This document shows positions 18,090 through 27,166 of a DNA stretch of 64,000 nucleotides, piece by piece. The DNA comes from Solirubrobacterales bacterium. GTDB lineage: Bacteria > Actinomycetota > Thermoleophilia > Solirubrobacterales > 70-9. Where the stretch lies: positions 6,358-70,357 of the forward strand of contig DASYIY010000071.1 of assembly GCA_035997045.1 (NCBI GenBank). The letters run 5' to 3'. A model generated the notes under the pieces. That model ran no database searches, was not told where the DNA came from, and saw only the letters and a list, made by a program, of their open reading frames with translations. The position numbers and the translations under genes were made by a program. The first letter of the stretch is position 1; each line of letters starts with the position of its first letter.

Positions 18090-18214
18090 GAGCCGAAATC
18101 TAGCTGGCGCCGCTCGGGGTCGCCCGCGCCTGTAACATCGACCGCAGACGAAAAGTTTCGAACCTGTGACATTCAGCGCGCAACGGTTGCGGCCGGCCGA
18201 GGCACGATGGAGGC

Positions 18215-18526
18215 ATGGAGGCGATGAGAGTGAACTGGACAGATGATCGTCTGGACGCGTTGAGCGACCGGATGGATGAACGCTTCAACCATGTCGACCA
18301 ACGCTTCGAGCAAGTCGACCAACGCTTCGAGCAGGTTGACCGACGTTTCGAGCAAGTCGACCAACGCTTTGACCGTGTCGAAGCCAACATGCGTGAGCTG
18401 CGCGGTGAAATGAACGGACGCTTCGATCGGCTCGATGCACGCTTCGATGCCATGCAGCGGACCCTTTTTCTGGCAGCGGCGGGCGTTGTTGCTTCTTTGA
18501 TCGGTCTGATCGCGACGCAGCTCTAG
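18215..18526 (+). CDS. Small coiled-coil protein with a C-terminal transmembrane anchor
   Basis: Heptad units MDERFNH/VDQRFEQ/VDQRFEQ/VDRRFEQ/VDQRFDR, then a hydrophobic tail LFLAAAGVVASLIGLIATQL. Confidence 0.6.
   Translation: MEAMRVNWTDDRLDALSDRMDERFNHVDQRFEQVDQRFEQVDRRFEQVDQRFDRVEANMRELRGEMNGRFDRLDARFDAMQRTLFLAAAGVVASLIGLIATQL
18272..18376 (+). repeat. In-frame 21-bp tandem repeat (about 5 units) encoding the heptads above
   Basis: gtcgaccaacgcttcgagcaa repeated with minor variation, starting at 18293, preceded by a degenerate unit at 18272. Confidence 0.85.
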
Positions 18527-20460
18527 GCCTCTCGGACCTCGGCGGCAGCCGCACGCCGGGGCAGCCGCTCGCGCCAGGGCTTCGCCGGTTCTTCCTCTGC
18601 GCGGGCGCCGAGGTCGAAGTAGAGCAGGGTGCGCCCGAGAGCCACGTAGGGAACGAGCAGGGCGAAGACGACCGAGCCGATCACGTTGATCCAAAGCAGC
18701 GAGAAGTTGGTGAAGATCAGGGTGAAGCCGAGCACCGGCCCGGCGGCGATGCTGAGCAGCCAGAAGAAGCCGAGGGCCCGTACGGCGTGCCACCAGCGGC
18801 CGCGCACCCGAGCGGAGCTGCCGCGGAAGGCATCGCGGATGCCCTTGTCCTCGACGAGGATCTCCTGCTGGACGAACTGCCAGCAGACGATCTTGTAGAC
18901 CGCGACGGGGATCCCGATGATCGTGATGGCAAGCCCCAGTGCCGCCAGTGGCGGCAGTAGCGAGCCCCCCGCCACTCGCCAGAAACGGCGCAGCATGCCC
19001 CGCCAGGAGTCGAGGAAGCTCATCCCGCCGCCTTCGAGCAGCAGGCGCACGGCAAAGATCGCCACCGCGGCGACGATCGCTTCGGCGATCGGCAGTCCGA
19101 GCGATTCGACCGTGTCGGCGAGGCCGAGGTGAGCGCCGGAACGACCGGTGGCGTTATCGATGCCACGTTGTCCAGCGATCAGGGCGGCGAGCCCGCGCAC
19201 CCCGCCGACAATCACCAGCGCGCTCAACCCGATCGGCACCATCGTTCGCCAGTGCCGCCCGTAGAGCTGCCGCGCCGCGCGCACGATCTGGCCGAAGGCG
19301 CGGCGCTGGCGCAGCTCGGTCAGGTCGACTGGGCCCCACTTGGTCACGCCGACGAAGAGGATCAGCAGCAGGGCCGGGATCGCGATCATCGCGAGCGCCG
19401 CCGGCCGCGAACGCGACTCGACGTTGATCACATCGGAGACGGTCGAGACCGCGCCGCAAAAGGCGCCGCTGACCGCGGGCCCGGCGAACGAGCCGCCCGG
19501 CACCCGCGGGCTCGTCGTTCGCTGGTCTTCCATCCAGGAGAACGGTTCGAGCCATTGCCTCTTCGTCAGCGGACCGGTCGGCCCGTTGTTGAAGCCCTTC
19601 TCCTGCTGGCCCCAGTGGCCGAAGTAGGTGAGCCACTTGAAGCGGCCGGTGGTGGTGGGAAACGTCGGGATCGCGACCGGGTGGACCCGCAGTTCGCGCA
19701 GCGGTTCGCTGGTGTTGTCGCAGCCGACGCCGGAGCCTTTCGCTCCGTTCTGGACGTAGACGGTCGAGTCGTAGAAGGTCGCGTGCGAACCGGCTGCGGG
19801 GTAGACGACCGGGTGGGTCCCTTCCTTCTCCACCTTCGGGTCTTCCCAGTCGGCACGCTCGCCGCCGGCGTGCTGGAAGAGGATCATTTCGCTCGGTCCT
19901 TCGGCGAGGGCCTGGCGCGCGGTGTTCGCTTCGAAGGCGATCTGCATGCCCTCCCAGTCGCCCTCGTGCAGGTCGTTGAACTGGTTGAAGTACCAGAAGA
20001 ACCAGTACTGGACGACCAGCCCCGGCCGGCCGACCTGGCGGGCGATGTGGGCGTAGGTCGTGGGGGGTGCCTTGCCTTCGCGCTCCAGCTGCAGGAAGTC
20101 GCGGGCGTAGACGCACGTGTCCCCAAGTGGATCGCCGGGAAGTTCGAGATGGTAGGGGTCTTCGAGCCCCGCGATGTCAGCGGCCGTTGGTGCCCGCTTT
20201 ACCAATACTTCTTTGCCGTCTTCTTCAACTCGCTTGAGGCGGACCGAGGGGTTGCCGAGCACCGTCGAGACGCTCGTCGGCTCGTACTGCTCGGCCGAGG
20301 TTTCACACGGTGGGTCCTGCTCTTCGCGCAGCATCGCGATCGGCGTGTAGGCCTGGATCAAGCGCTGGGCGGGGGAAGGGGCCGCCTCGGCCGCGGCCGG
20401 CTGGAGCAGCAGCGCAAGCGTCGCGATCGTCAGTGCGAGGCGACGCGGCCGGACGGTCAC
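18523..20460 (-). CDS. Secreted Vps62/DUF946-like domain fused to a polytopic membrane domain (hypothetical)
   Basis: Signal peptide (LALTIATLALLLQPAAAEA). VVQYWFFWYFNQFNDLHEGDWEGMQI resembles the Vps62 signature. The C-terminal third has several hydrophobic helices. Confidence 0.55.
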   Translation of the reverse strand: MTVRPRRLALTIATLALLLQPAAAEAAPSPAQRLIQAYTPIAMLREEQDPPCETSAEQYEPTSVSTVLGNPSVRLKRVEEDGKEVLVKRAPTAADIAGLEDPYHLELPGDPLGDTCVYARDFLQLEREGKAPPTTYAHIARQVGRPGLVVQYWFFWYFNQFNDLHEGDWEGMQIAFEANTARQALAEGPSEMILFQHAGGERADWEDPKVEKEGTHPVVYPAAGSHATFYDSTVYVQNGAKGSGVGCDNTSEPLRELRVHPVAIPTFPTTTGRFKWLTYFGHWGQQEKGFNNGPTGPLTKRQWLEPFSWMEDQRTTSPRVPGGSFAGPAVSGAFCGAVSTVSDVINVESRSRPAALAMIAIPALLLILFVGVTKWGPVDLTELRQRRAFGQIVRAARQLYGRHWRTMVPIGLSALVIVGGVRGLAALIAGQRGIDNATGRSGAHLGLADTVESLGLPIAEAIVAAVAIFAVRLLLEGGGMSFLDSWRGMLRRFWRVAGGSLLPPLAALGLAITIIGIPVAVYKIVCWQFVQQEILVEDKGIRDAFRGSSARVRGRWWHAVRALGFFWLLSIAAGPVLGFTLIFTNFSLLWINVIGSVVFALLVPYVALGRTLLYFDLGARAEEEPAKPWRERLPRRAAAAEVREA

Positions 20461-20492
20461 CCGGCCAACGTACCAGCGTCACTCGTGGGCGT

Positions 20493-20536
20493 GGTGCAAC
20501 GCGCTATCCGTCTATTCACGGAGAAAGCGCTGCACC
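20493..20536 (+). repeat. Family-A nested palindromic repeat, copy A2
   Basis: GGTGCAACGCGCTATCCGTCTATTCACGGAGAAAGCGCTGCACC. Overlaps the last codons and stop of the MFS gene at 20516..22114. Confidence 0.8.
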
Positions 20537-22114
20537 CGCCGGGCTCGCGCCGGGCTCCTCCTCGACCGCTTCCTCGACCTTGCCGGCGGGCATCGCGGCC
20601 AGGGCGATGACGAAGGCGAGCGCCATCACGCCGGCCATCGCGTAGAAGACGGTGCGCGAGGCGAGGGCGAAGTCGTGCTGGACGGCGGCGAAGAGCTGCT
20701 GCGCGTGCTTGCCCGCCGCTTCGGCGAAGCCGGCGCTGCTGCTCGAGCTGCCTTGGCTGATCGAGTCGGCGATCTGGTCGGCTTTCGCCTTCGGCACTCC
20801 CTGGGCGCCGAGGGTCGACTCCAGGTTCGCCTTGTTCTCCAGGATCAGGATCGTTCCGAGCACGGCGAGCCCGAGGCTGGAGCCGAAATTGCGCACGGTC
20901 TGGGTGATCCCGGTCGCCTCGCCGTAGTGGCTCGCCGGCAGGCGGTTGAGCGCGTCGGTGTTGGCCGGTCCGAGGACGAGGCCGACGCCCGCCCCGGCGA
21001 GGACGATCCAGTACCACTGCGAGCTGACCGAGAGGTCCGGGAGCGAGTGGGCCCAGAGGGCGAAGCCGACCGCCGCGACCGCGCAGCCGAGCACCACCGA
21101 CGGCCGCGCCCCGACCCGGTCGAGGATCCTGCCTCCCCATTGCGAGGCGGTGGCGAAGCCCGCGAAGAAGATCAACAGGTAGAGGCCCGTTTCCGAGGCG
21201 CTTTCGCCGAGCGAGATCTGCGCGTACATGCTGGCGAAGAAGAAGAGTGGGACGAAAGGGATCATCAGCAGGAAGAGGATCGCGTTGTCGACCGCAAAGG
21301 CGCGGTTTTCGAAGATCCGCACCCGGATCAGCGGGTTGGCGACGCGCAGCTCGAAGGCGACGAAGGCGGCGATCAGTGCCAGCCCGGCGGCGATGCAGCC
21401 CCAGGTGAGCACGCTGCCCCAACCCCAGACGCTCGACTGCTGCAGGCCGAGGATGGCAAGGCCCATGCCTCCCGAGATCAGCACCGTGCCGCGGTAGTCG
21501 AGTGGCGCCGGGTGCTTGTGGTCGTCGGGTTTGGCGATCGCGGTCAGGATCAGGGCGATGATCGCGACCGGGATGTTGACCCAGAAGATCGTCCGCCAGC
21601 TGATCTCGACCAGGTAGCCGCCGGCGAGCGGGCCGATCGAGGTCAGGCCGCCGGTGATCGCGAAGAAGATCGCCATCGCGCGGCCGCGCTCGCGCACCGG
21701 GAAGGCGCCGAGGACGATCGCAAGCGCGGCCGGGAACATGATCGCCGCGCCGGCGCCCTGGATGATGCGGAAGGTGATCAGCCAGACCTCGTCGAGGTTG
21801 CCGGTCGGCGTCGCCCCGCAGAGGCCGGAGGCGGTGGCGAAGACGATCACGCCGAGCACGACCATGCGACGGTGCCCGGCGATGTCGGCCAGTCGCCCGC
21901 CGAAGGCGAAGAGCGCCGAGAGCGAGAGCAGGTAGCCGTTGATGATCCACTGCACCCCGGTCGCGGAGAGCGAGAGGTCGTCCTGCAGGCTGGGAACCGC
22001 GATCGCGACGATCGTCATGTCGATGAAGGTCATCGAGACGGCGAAGATCATCGCCGCGAGGATCAGCTTCTTGTTGGCACTGCCACTGTCGTTCATGCTC
22101 GACCGGTTTGCCAA
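20516..22114 (-). CDS. MFS transporter, DHA2 (EmrB/QacA-like, 14-TMS type)
   Basis: 532 aa. FIDMTIVAIAVPSLQDDLSLS..VQWIINGYLLSLSALFAFGGRLADIAGHRR. Confidence 0.8.
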   Translation of the reverse strand: MANRSSMNDSGSANKKLILAAMIFAVSMTFIDMTIVAIAVPSLQDDLSLSATGVQWIINGYLLSLSALFAFGGRLADIAGHRRMVVLGVIVFATASGLCGATPTGNLDEVWLITFRIIQGAGAAIMFPAALAIVLGAFPVRERGRAMAIFFAITGGLTSIGPLAGGYLVEISWRTIFWVNIPVAIIALILTAIAKPDDHKHPAPLDYRGTVLISGGMGLAILGLQQSSVWGWGSVLTWGCIAAGLALIAAFVAFELRVANPLIRVRIFENRAFAVDNAILFLLMIPFVPLFFFASMYAQISLGESASETGLYLLIFFAGFATASQWGGRILDRVGARPSVVLGCAVAAVGFALWAHSLPDLSVSSQWYWIVLAGAGVGLVLGPANTDALNRLPASHYGEATGITQTVRNFGSSLGLAVLGTILILENKANLESTLGAQGVPKAKADQIADSISQGSSSSSAGFAEAAGKHAQQLFAAVQHDFALASRTVFYAMAGVMALAFVIALAAMPAGKVEEAVEEEPGASPAGAALSP

Positions 22115-22155
22115 GAGCCCGTCGAATCCTCCTCGTTCGATAATCTCGCCCGCGC

Positions 22156-22329
22156 ATGCCCGACGTCTTCTGGATCGGCCTCACTCTCGCCGTCGCGATC
22201 TTTCTGATCGGCGTCATCTCCGGCGCCCGCTCGCGCACGACCAGTCTCCGCACCGGTGCCGCTATGGGCGCCTACCTCGGCATCATGCTGGCCTTCCCGC
22301 TGCTGGCCATCGGCATCGCCACCAGCTGA
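22156..22329 (+). CDS. Unlisted small membrane protein (57 aa, two predicted TM helices)
   Basis: MPDVFWIGLTLAVAIFLIGVISGARSRTTSLRTGAAMGAYLGIMLAFPLLAIGIATS. Third-position G+C is strongly host-like. It falls below the ORF-track length cutoff. Confidence 0.45.
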   Translation: MPDVFWIGLTLAVAIFLIGVISGARSRTTSLRTGAAMGAYLGIMLAFPLLAIGIATS

Positions 22330-22399
22330 GCGTCGCGGCCTGCGCCGGCAAGGCGAGAGGTCTTTTTGCATTAATAGAGTTTCGTAGAGGAAACTCTGG

Positions 22400-23590
22400 A
22401 TGCCTCGATACGCAAAGCCGCTTTTCATCCCTCTGGTATTCGCGCTGGCCGTCCTGGCCGGTTGCGGTGGCAGCGCCGACTCGGCCGAGGCGCCTGCTGC
22501 CGGCCTTCCGAAAGAGATAGTGATCGGGGCCGCGATTGCCAAGACCGGCTACCTCGTCCCCTACGACGGCAACATCGCGGCGATCGAACAGCTGGTCGAC
22601 GAAACCAACGCCAAGGGCGGCATCGATGGGCACAAGCTGGCGATAGTGCAGGCCGATAACCGTTCCGATCCCCAGCAGGCCCCGGTGGCCGCCCAGCAGG
22701 TGGTCGAAGAGGGGGCGGACGTTCTCCTCTTCAGTTGCGAGGCGCTGACGGCGGCCGCCGCGGCGCCGGTGGCCGAAGAACACGACGAGCTCAACTTCAC
22801 CATGTGCGCCAGCGAACCTGGCTTTGGGCCGCCATATACGGGCCACCTCTCCTTCAGCGGCAATCCGAACTTTCTCAGCGAGGTGAGTGCGGGAGCTTCC
22901 TTCTTGCACCAGCGGGGGATCGAACGGCCCTTCCTAATGTGCGACACGGCAATCGTCATGGGCAAGGTCCAGTGCTCTGCCTTCAAGCAGGCGTGGGAGA
23001 AGCTCGGCGGGTCGATCGCCGGCTCCGCCGATTTCGCCAACGGCGACGAGTCGATCGCCGCTCAGATCAGCGAGCTGAAGAGCTCCAACGCCGATGCCGT
23101 CGTAATGGCCTCCTATCCGCCCGGCGGTGCGGCGGCGATCAAGCAGATCCAGGCCGCCGGCGTTGACGTGCCGATCCTCGGCGGGAGTTCGTTCGACGGC
23201 ACCTTCTGGCTCAAGGGCATCCCGGATCCAGGGAAGATCTACGCCACCTCCAACGGCTCGGCCTACGATCCCCCCGACCGTGCCTCGGCACGCCTGTTCA
23301 GGGTTCTCCAGCGCAACGGGGTCAATACCGATGTGTCCGGGACGCTGCTGGCCTCCTACGCCGCTGGCCAGCTGATCATTGAGGCAATCGGGGAAACCGG
23401 CAGCGTCGACGGGAACGCCCTCGCCGATGCGCTCGAAGCCAAGCCACACCGGACGATCGTCGGCAGGATGACGTTCAGCAGGGACGACCATCTAGCGACC
23501 CGAACCTGGCCGGTCTACCGGTACTCGAATGGCAAGCCGAAGCTGGTGGCGAAGGTAAAGCCGCGGTTCATCCCCGAATACGGAGGCTGA
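22400..23590 (+). CDS. ABC transporter substrate-binding lipoprotein (Leu/Ile/Val-binding LivJ/K-like family)
   Basis: Lipobox LAGCGG and type-I periplasmic binding fold features (IVIGAAIAKTGYL...). Confidence 0.75.
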   Translation: MPRYAKPLFIPLVFALAVLAGCGGSADSAEAPAAGLPKEIVIGAAIAKTGYLVPYDGNIAAIEQLVDETNAKGGIDGHKLAIVQADNRSDPQQAPVAAQQVVEEGADVLLFSCEALTAAAAAPVAEEHDELNFTMCASEPGFGPPYTGHLSFSGNPNFLSEVSAGASFLHQRGIERPFLMCDTAIVMGKVQCSAFKQAWEKLGGSIAGSADFANGDESIAAQISELKSSNADAVVMASYPPGGAAAIKQIQAAGVDVPILGGSSFDGTFWLKGIPDPGKIYATSNGSAYDPPDRASARLFRVLQRNGVNTDVSGTLLASYAAGQLIIEAIGETGSVDGNALADALEAKPHRTIVGRMTFSRDDHLATRTWPVYRYSNGKPKLVAKVKPRFIPEYGG

Positions 23591-24590
23591 GCGCGCGATC
23601 GACGAACTCCGCGAAGGCGGGCCGGTAGGCAAGGGTGAACCGGTCGGCGAGTGTGCTTGTGTCGGAGTTGGGGTCCAGCGACAGCTCGCGTGGCTCGACT
23701 GCCGAGACAATCGGCAGGTCCTCGCAGTAGACGCGCCACTCGTACTCGATCGCCTCCTCGAGGGCCGCATCGTCAAAGCCCTCGGCCAGCCCTCCCTCGA
23801 TCCAGTAGTGCGCCGACTCGGTGGCGCCGATTGCGCGGGCAGCGTGGAGCAGGCAGCGTTCGCCCGCCTCGGTGAACATCCGAAACGAGATGAAGTTGGG
23901 TGCGATCACGTGGTAGCAGGCTTCGCCCGCTGAGCTCCAGAACTTGGCTGCTCCGGGGCCGAACCGCATCTCTCGCCGCAGCGTCACCTCGATGCCGTCG
24001 CGCTCGACCTGCAGCGGCTCGACCACCTCTGGGACTGGGCCGAGGGTCGTCGCGTGGACGAAGGCGAAATGGGCGACGTCGCGGAAGTTCTCGATCATCA
24101 CTCCCAGCCCGACCGGCAGCTCATACGGCGTGCCGTGCCCCCATGTCCATGTGTCGGCGTCGAACCAGGGCAGGTCGGGTGGCTCGCCCAGGGGCTCCTC
24201 CAGGACGGTCCAGACCAGCCCCCACTGCACCCGTGCCGGGAAGGCCGCGACGCGGGCGCGGGCAGGGATCTGACCCTGGTCGGGCAGCGACGGGATCCGG
24301 GCGCAGGCGCCATCCTGGCCGGCCCACTGCCAGCCGTGGTAGGGGCACTGGATCGACTCGCCCGTGACCTTGCCCATCGAAAGCGAGGCCCCGCGGTGCG
24401 CGCAGCGGTCCGCCACCACGGCCGGCTCGCCGCTCTCGGTGAGGAAGACGGCAAGCGCTTCGCCGAGGAGGACGGCTCGTTGTGGGCCACGCTCCAGGTC
24501 CTGGAGCCTTGCGACCGGCTGCCAGCAGTGGCGCAGCGCGAGGAAGATGTCCTCGCTGGTCGGTGCTGCGCGTGGCTGGTCGTCAAACAT
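23568..24590 (-). CDS. Rieske [2Fe-2S] oxygenase, VanA/phthalate-dioxygenase-like alpha subunit
   Basis: Rieske motif CAHRGASLSMG...CPYHGWQW. About 340 aa, class IA-like size. Confidence 0.8.
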   Translation of the reverse strand: MFDDQPRAAPTSEDIFLALRHCWQPVARLQDLERGPQRAVLLGEALAVFLTESGEPAVVADRCAHRGASLSMGKVTGESIQCPYHGWQWAGQDGACARIPSLPDQGQIPARARVAAFPARVQWGLVWTVLEEPLGEPPDLPWFDADTWTWGHGTPYELPVGLGVMIENFRDVAHFAFVHATTLGPVPEVVEPLQVERDGIEVTLRREMRFGPGAAKFWSSAGEACYHVIAPNFISFRMFTEAGERCLLHAARAIGATESAHYWIEGGLAEGFDDAALEEAIEYEWRVYCEDLPIVSAVEPRELSLDPNSDTSTLADRFTLAYRPAFAEFVDRALSLRIRG

Positions 24591-24627
24591 CGCCGCTCCT
24601 CGTGATTACTTTGGGATCCCATTCTAT

Positions 24628-25329
24628 TCACGGCTGCCTGCCCAGGTAGGCGCGTAGGACATCGGGGTTGCGCTGCAGCTCACCGCGGGAGCCCTGGGCG
24701 CGGACCTTGCCGGTGCCGAGCACGACGCAACGATCGGAGAAGTCGATCGTCCGGGCGGCGTTCTGCTCGACCAGCAGCATTGTCACCCCTTCATCGCGCA
24801 GGCCCTGGAGCAGCTCGTAGATTACGTCGATCGTTTTCGGTGCGAGGCCGAGCGAAGGCTCGTCGAGAATCAGCAGCTTTGGCCTGCCGAGCAGGGCGCG
24901 GGCGATCGCCAGCTGCTGTTGCTCCCCGCCCGAGAGTCGATCGGCGCGCTGGTGCGCCCGCTCGCGCAGGATCGGGAAACGTTCGAGCGTCCGCTCCATC
25001 CAGGCGCCGCCATCGCCGTCGTTGCGGGCGCCGAGCCGGAGGTTCTCCGCCACCGTCAGGGTCTTGAAGATGTGCCGGCCCTCGGGCACCAGTGCGATCC
25101 CGAGCCGCGCGATCTGCTCCGGCGCCATCCCGTTCAAGGCGCGGCCCTCGAACACGGTCTCGCCGGCCGTCGGGCGCACCAAGCCGCAGATCGATCGCAG
25201 GATCGAGCTCTTGCCGGCGCCGTTCGGCCCGATCATCCCGATCGCTTCGCCCTGGCCGACGCTCAGGTCGACTCCGTGGACCACCTCGATGCGCCCGTAG
25301 CTGACTCGGACCCCGTGCAGCTCAAGCAT
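24628..25329 (-). CDS. Branched-chain-amino-acid-type ABC transporter ATP-binding protein (LivF-like)
   Basis: GPNGAGKSS, LSGGEQQQLAIARAL, LLILDEPSLGLAP. The start is set to ATG 25329, overlapping the upstream stop by 8 nt. Confidence 0.85.
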   Translation of the reverse strand: MLELHGVRVSYGRIEVVHGVDLSVGQGEAIGMIGPNGAGKSSILRSICGLVRPTAGETVFEGRALNGMAPEQIARLGIALVPEGRHIFKTLTVAENLRLGARNDGDGGAWMERTLERFPILRERAHQRADRLSGGEQQQLAIARALLGRPKLLILDEPSLGLAPKTIDVIYELLQGLRDEGVTMLLVEQNAARTIDFSDRCVVLGTGKVRAQGSRGELQRNPDVLRAYLGRQP

Positions 25330-27166
25330 CGACGGCCGCCAGGAAAGAAGTTCCGAGGTAAGCCTGGACCACAGCGGGATCGGCCTGGACCTCCTCCGGA
25401 GTCCCGATCCGCAGGGTCGTCCCGTCATCGAGCACCTGTATCCGGGAGCAAAGCTCCATGACGATGTTCATGTCGTGCTCGATCAAGAGGATCCCGCAGC
25501 CGAAGTCATCGAGCACGCCGCGAAGGACCGCGACCAGGGCCCCGCACTCGGCCTCGTTCAGCCCGGCCGCCGGCTCGTCGAGCAGCAGGTAGCGAGGCCG
25601 GACCGCGAGCGCGCGAGCGATCCCGAGCAGACGTTGTCTCCCCGGAGGCAGGGAGCCGGCCGCCAGCGCGGCCTGCTCGAGCAGGTTGAGGCGGCCGAGC
25701 ACGTCGGTCGCCACCGCGATCGCCTGCCGCCTTCCGGCTCCCATGCCCATCGCGCCGACGGCGACGCTTTCGAGGCAGCTCAGCTGAGCGAAGGGGAGGG
25801 CGGCCTGAAAGGTGCGGCCCAATCCGTCGTGGGCGAGGCGCACCGGAGAGCGCCCGGTGACGTCAATCCCGTCAAGCGAGACAGTGCCCGAGTCGGGCGC
25901 CTGAAACCCGCTGAGGACATTGACGAGGGTCGTCTTGCCGGCCCCGTTCGGGCCGATCAGCCCAAGCGCCTCGCCGGGCCCAAACGCGAGATCGACCTGC
26001 TTGAGGACCTGCAGGCCGGCGAAAGCGAGCGATATGCCCTCGGCTCGTAGGGCGCTTTCAACGGAGCGTTCGATCTGCCGCCCGCTGGCGACGGAACCCT
26101 TCGGCTTGAGCGGCGGCACCGAGGCTTTCGGGTTCAGCCGGCGCAGCCAGGGCAGCTCACCTGCCTCCCTGCCGCCGCTCAGCCCGTTCGGCATCGCGAT
26201 CATCGTCGCCAGCAGGATCAGGCCGAGCCCGATCGCGGCAAGGCCTGGCGCTTCGCCGATCGAGATCGCGCCGAACAGGCTGGCGCCGTTCTCGACGCCC
26301 CACAGCAGCTCGTTCACGGTTGCGATCGCGATCGCCCCGACAACCGCCCCGAAGACGCTGCGGGCGCCGCCGACGACCAGCATCGTCATCGTCGTCACGG
26401 TGGTGCCGAAATAGAAGGTGGCGGGGTTGAGGACGCCGGATTGGTGCACGGCCAGTGCGCCGCCGATTCCACACAGGACCCCGCTGATGCCGAAGGCGAT
26501 CAGTCGCTCACTCATCACCGCGATCCCGATCGAGCGCGCCGCCACCTCGTCCTCGCGCGTCGCCCGCAGGCGATAGCCGCTCGCCGACCACTTGAACGCC
26601 AGCGCGAGGATCGCGGCCGTGCCCGCCCAGAGCCCCGCCGACTCGACGCTGGTCGTGGTCGGGATGCTGACCAAGCCGCTGCTGCCCCCGGTGACGCGAT
26701 CCCAATTGGCGACGACGTTGTAGACGACGATCAGGAAGGCAAAGGTGGAGATCGGGATCGCGAGGGTGGAGGTGCGCATCAGCGGCAGTCCGACCACGAT
26801 CGCCAGGAGGCCGGAGATTGCTGCGGCGATCAGCGTCGAGAGGAGCGCGCCGAGGTGCGCGTCGGCGATGAAATCCGGCAGCCCGGGTGTCTGCAGCAGG
26901 GCGAAGGCCGCGGGCAAAGTGAGAAACGCGGCGACGTAGGCGCCGGCCGTCGCGAAGCCGAGCTGCCCGAATGAGTAGACGCCGCTGTTGCCGACGAAGA
27001 CCTGCAGCCCGAGGACGACGATCAGATTGCAGAGAATCAGGGTTACGGTGCCTCGGAAGGAGGGCGTGCCGTTCGCACCGGCCAAGGCGACGGTCGCGAT
27101 CAGGGCCAGTGGCACCAGCAGCGAAGTGGCCGTAGACCGGCGAGAGCGAAATCGCACGGCGCTCAT
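25322..27166 (-). CDS. Fused Liv-type ABC permease (LivM-like) and ATPase (LivG-like)
   Basis: The N-terminal part (about 330 aa) is polytopic. The C-terminal part has GPNGAGKTT, a signature-like motif (LPPGRQRLLGIARAL) and LLLDEPAAGL. Confidence 0.8.
   Translation of the reverse strand: MSAVRFRSRRSTATSLLVPLALIATVALAGANGTPSFRGTVTLILCNLIVVLGLQVFVGNSGVYSFGQLGFATAGAYVAAFLTLPAAFALLQTPGLPDFIADAHLGALLSTLIAAAISGLLAIVVGLPLMRTSTLAIPISTFAFLIVVYNVVANWDRVTGGSSGLVSIPTTTSVESAGLWAGTAAILALAFKWSASGYRLRATREDEVAARSIGIAVMSERLIAFGISGVLCGIGGALAVHQSGVLNPATFYFGTTVTTMTMLVVGGARSVFGAVVGAIAIATVNELLWGVENGASLFGAISIGEAPGLAAIGLGLILLATMIAMPNGLSGGREAGELPWLRRLNPKASVPPLKPKGSVASGRQIERSVESALRAEGISLAFAGLQVLKQVDLAFGPGEALGLIGPNGAGKTTLVNVLSGFQAPDSGTVSLDGIDVTGRSPVRLAHDGLGRTFQAALPFAQLSCLESVAVGAMGMGAGRRQAIAVATDVLGRLNLLEQAALAAGSLPPGRQRLLGIARALAVRPRYLLLDEPAAGLNEAECGALVAVLRGVLDDFGCGILLIEHDMNIVMELCSRIQVLDDGTTLRIGTPEEVQADPAVVQAYLGTSFLAAVDA

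Noticed and set aside
18272-18376. Short regularly spaced repeats, checked as a possible CRISPR array
   Set aside because: The 21-bp units are directly adjacent with no spacers, lie in frame inside an ORF and encode heptads. No cas genes are present.
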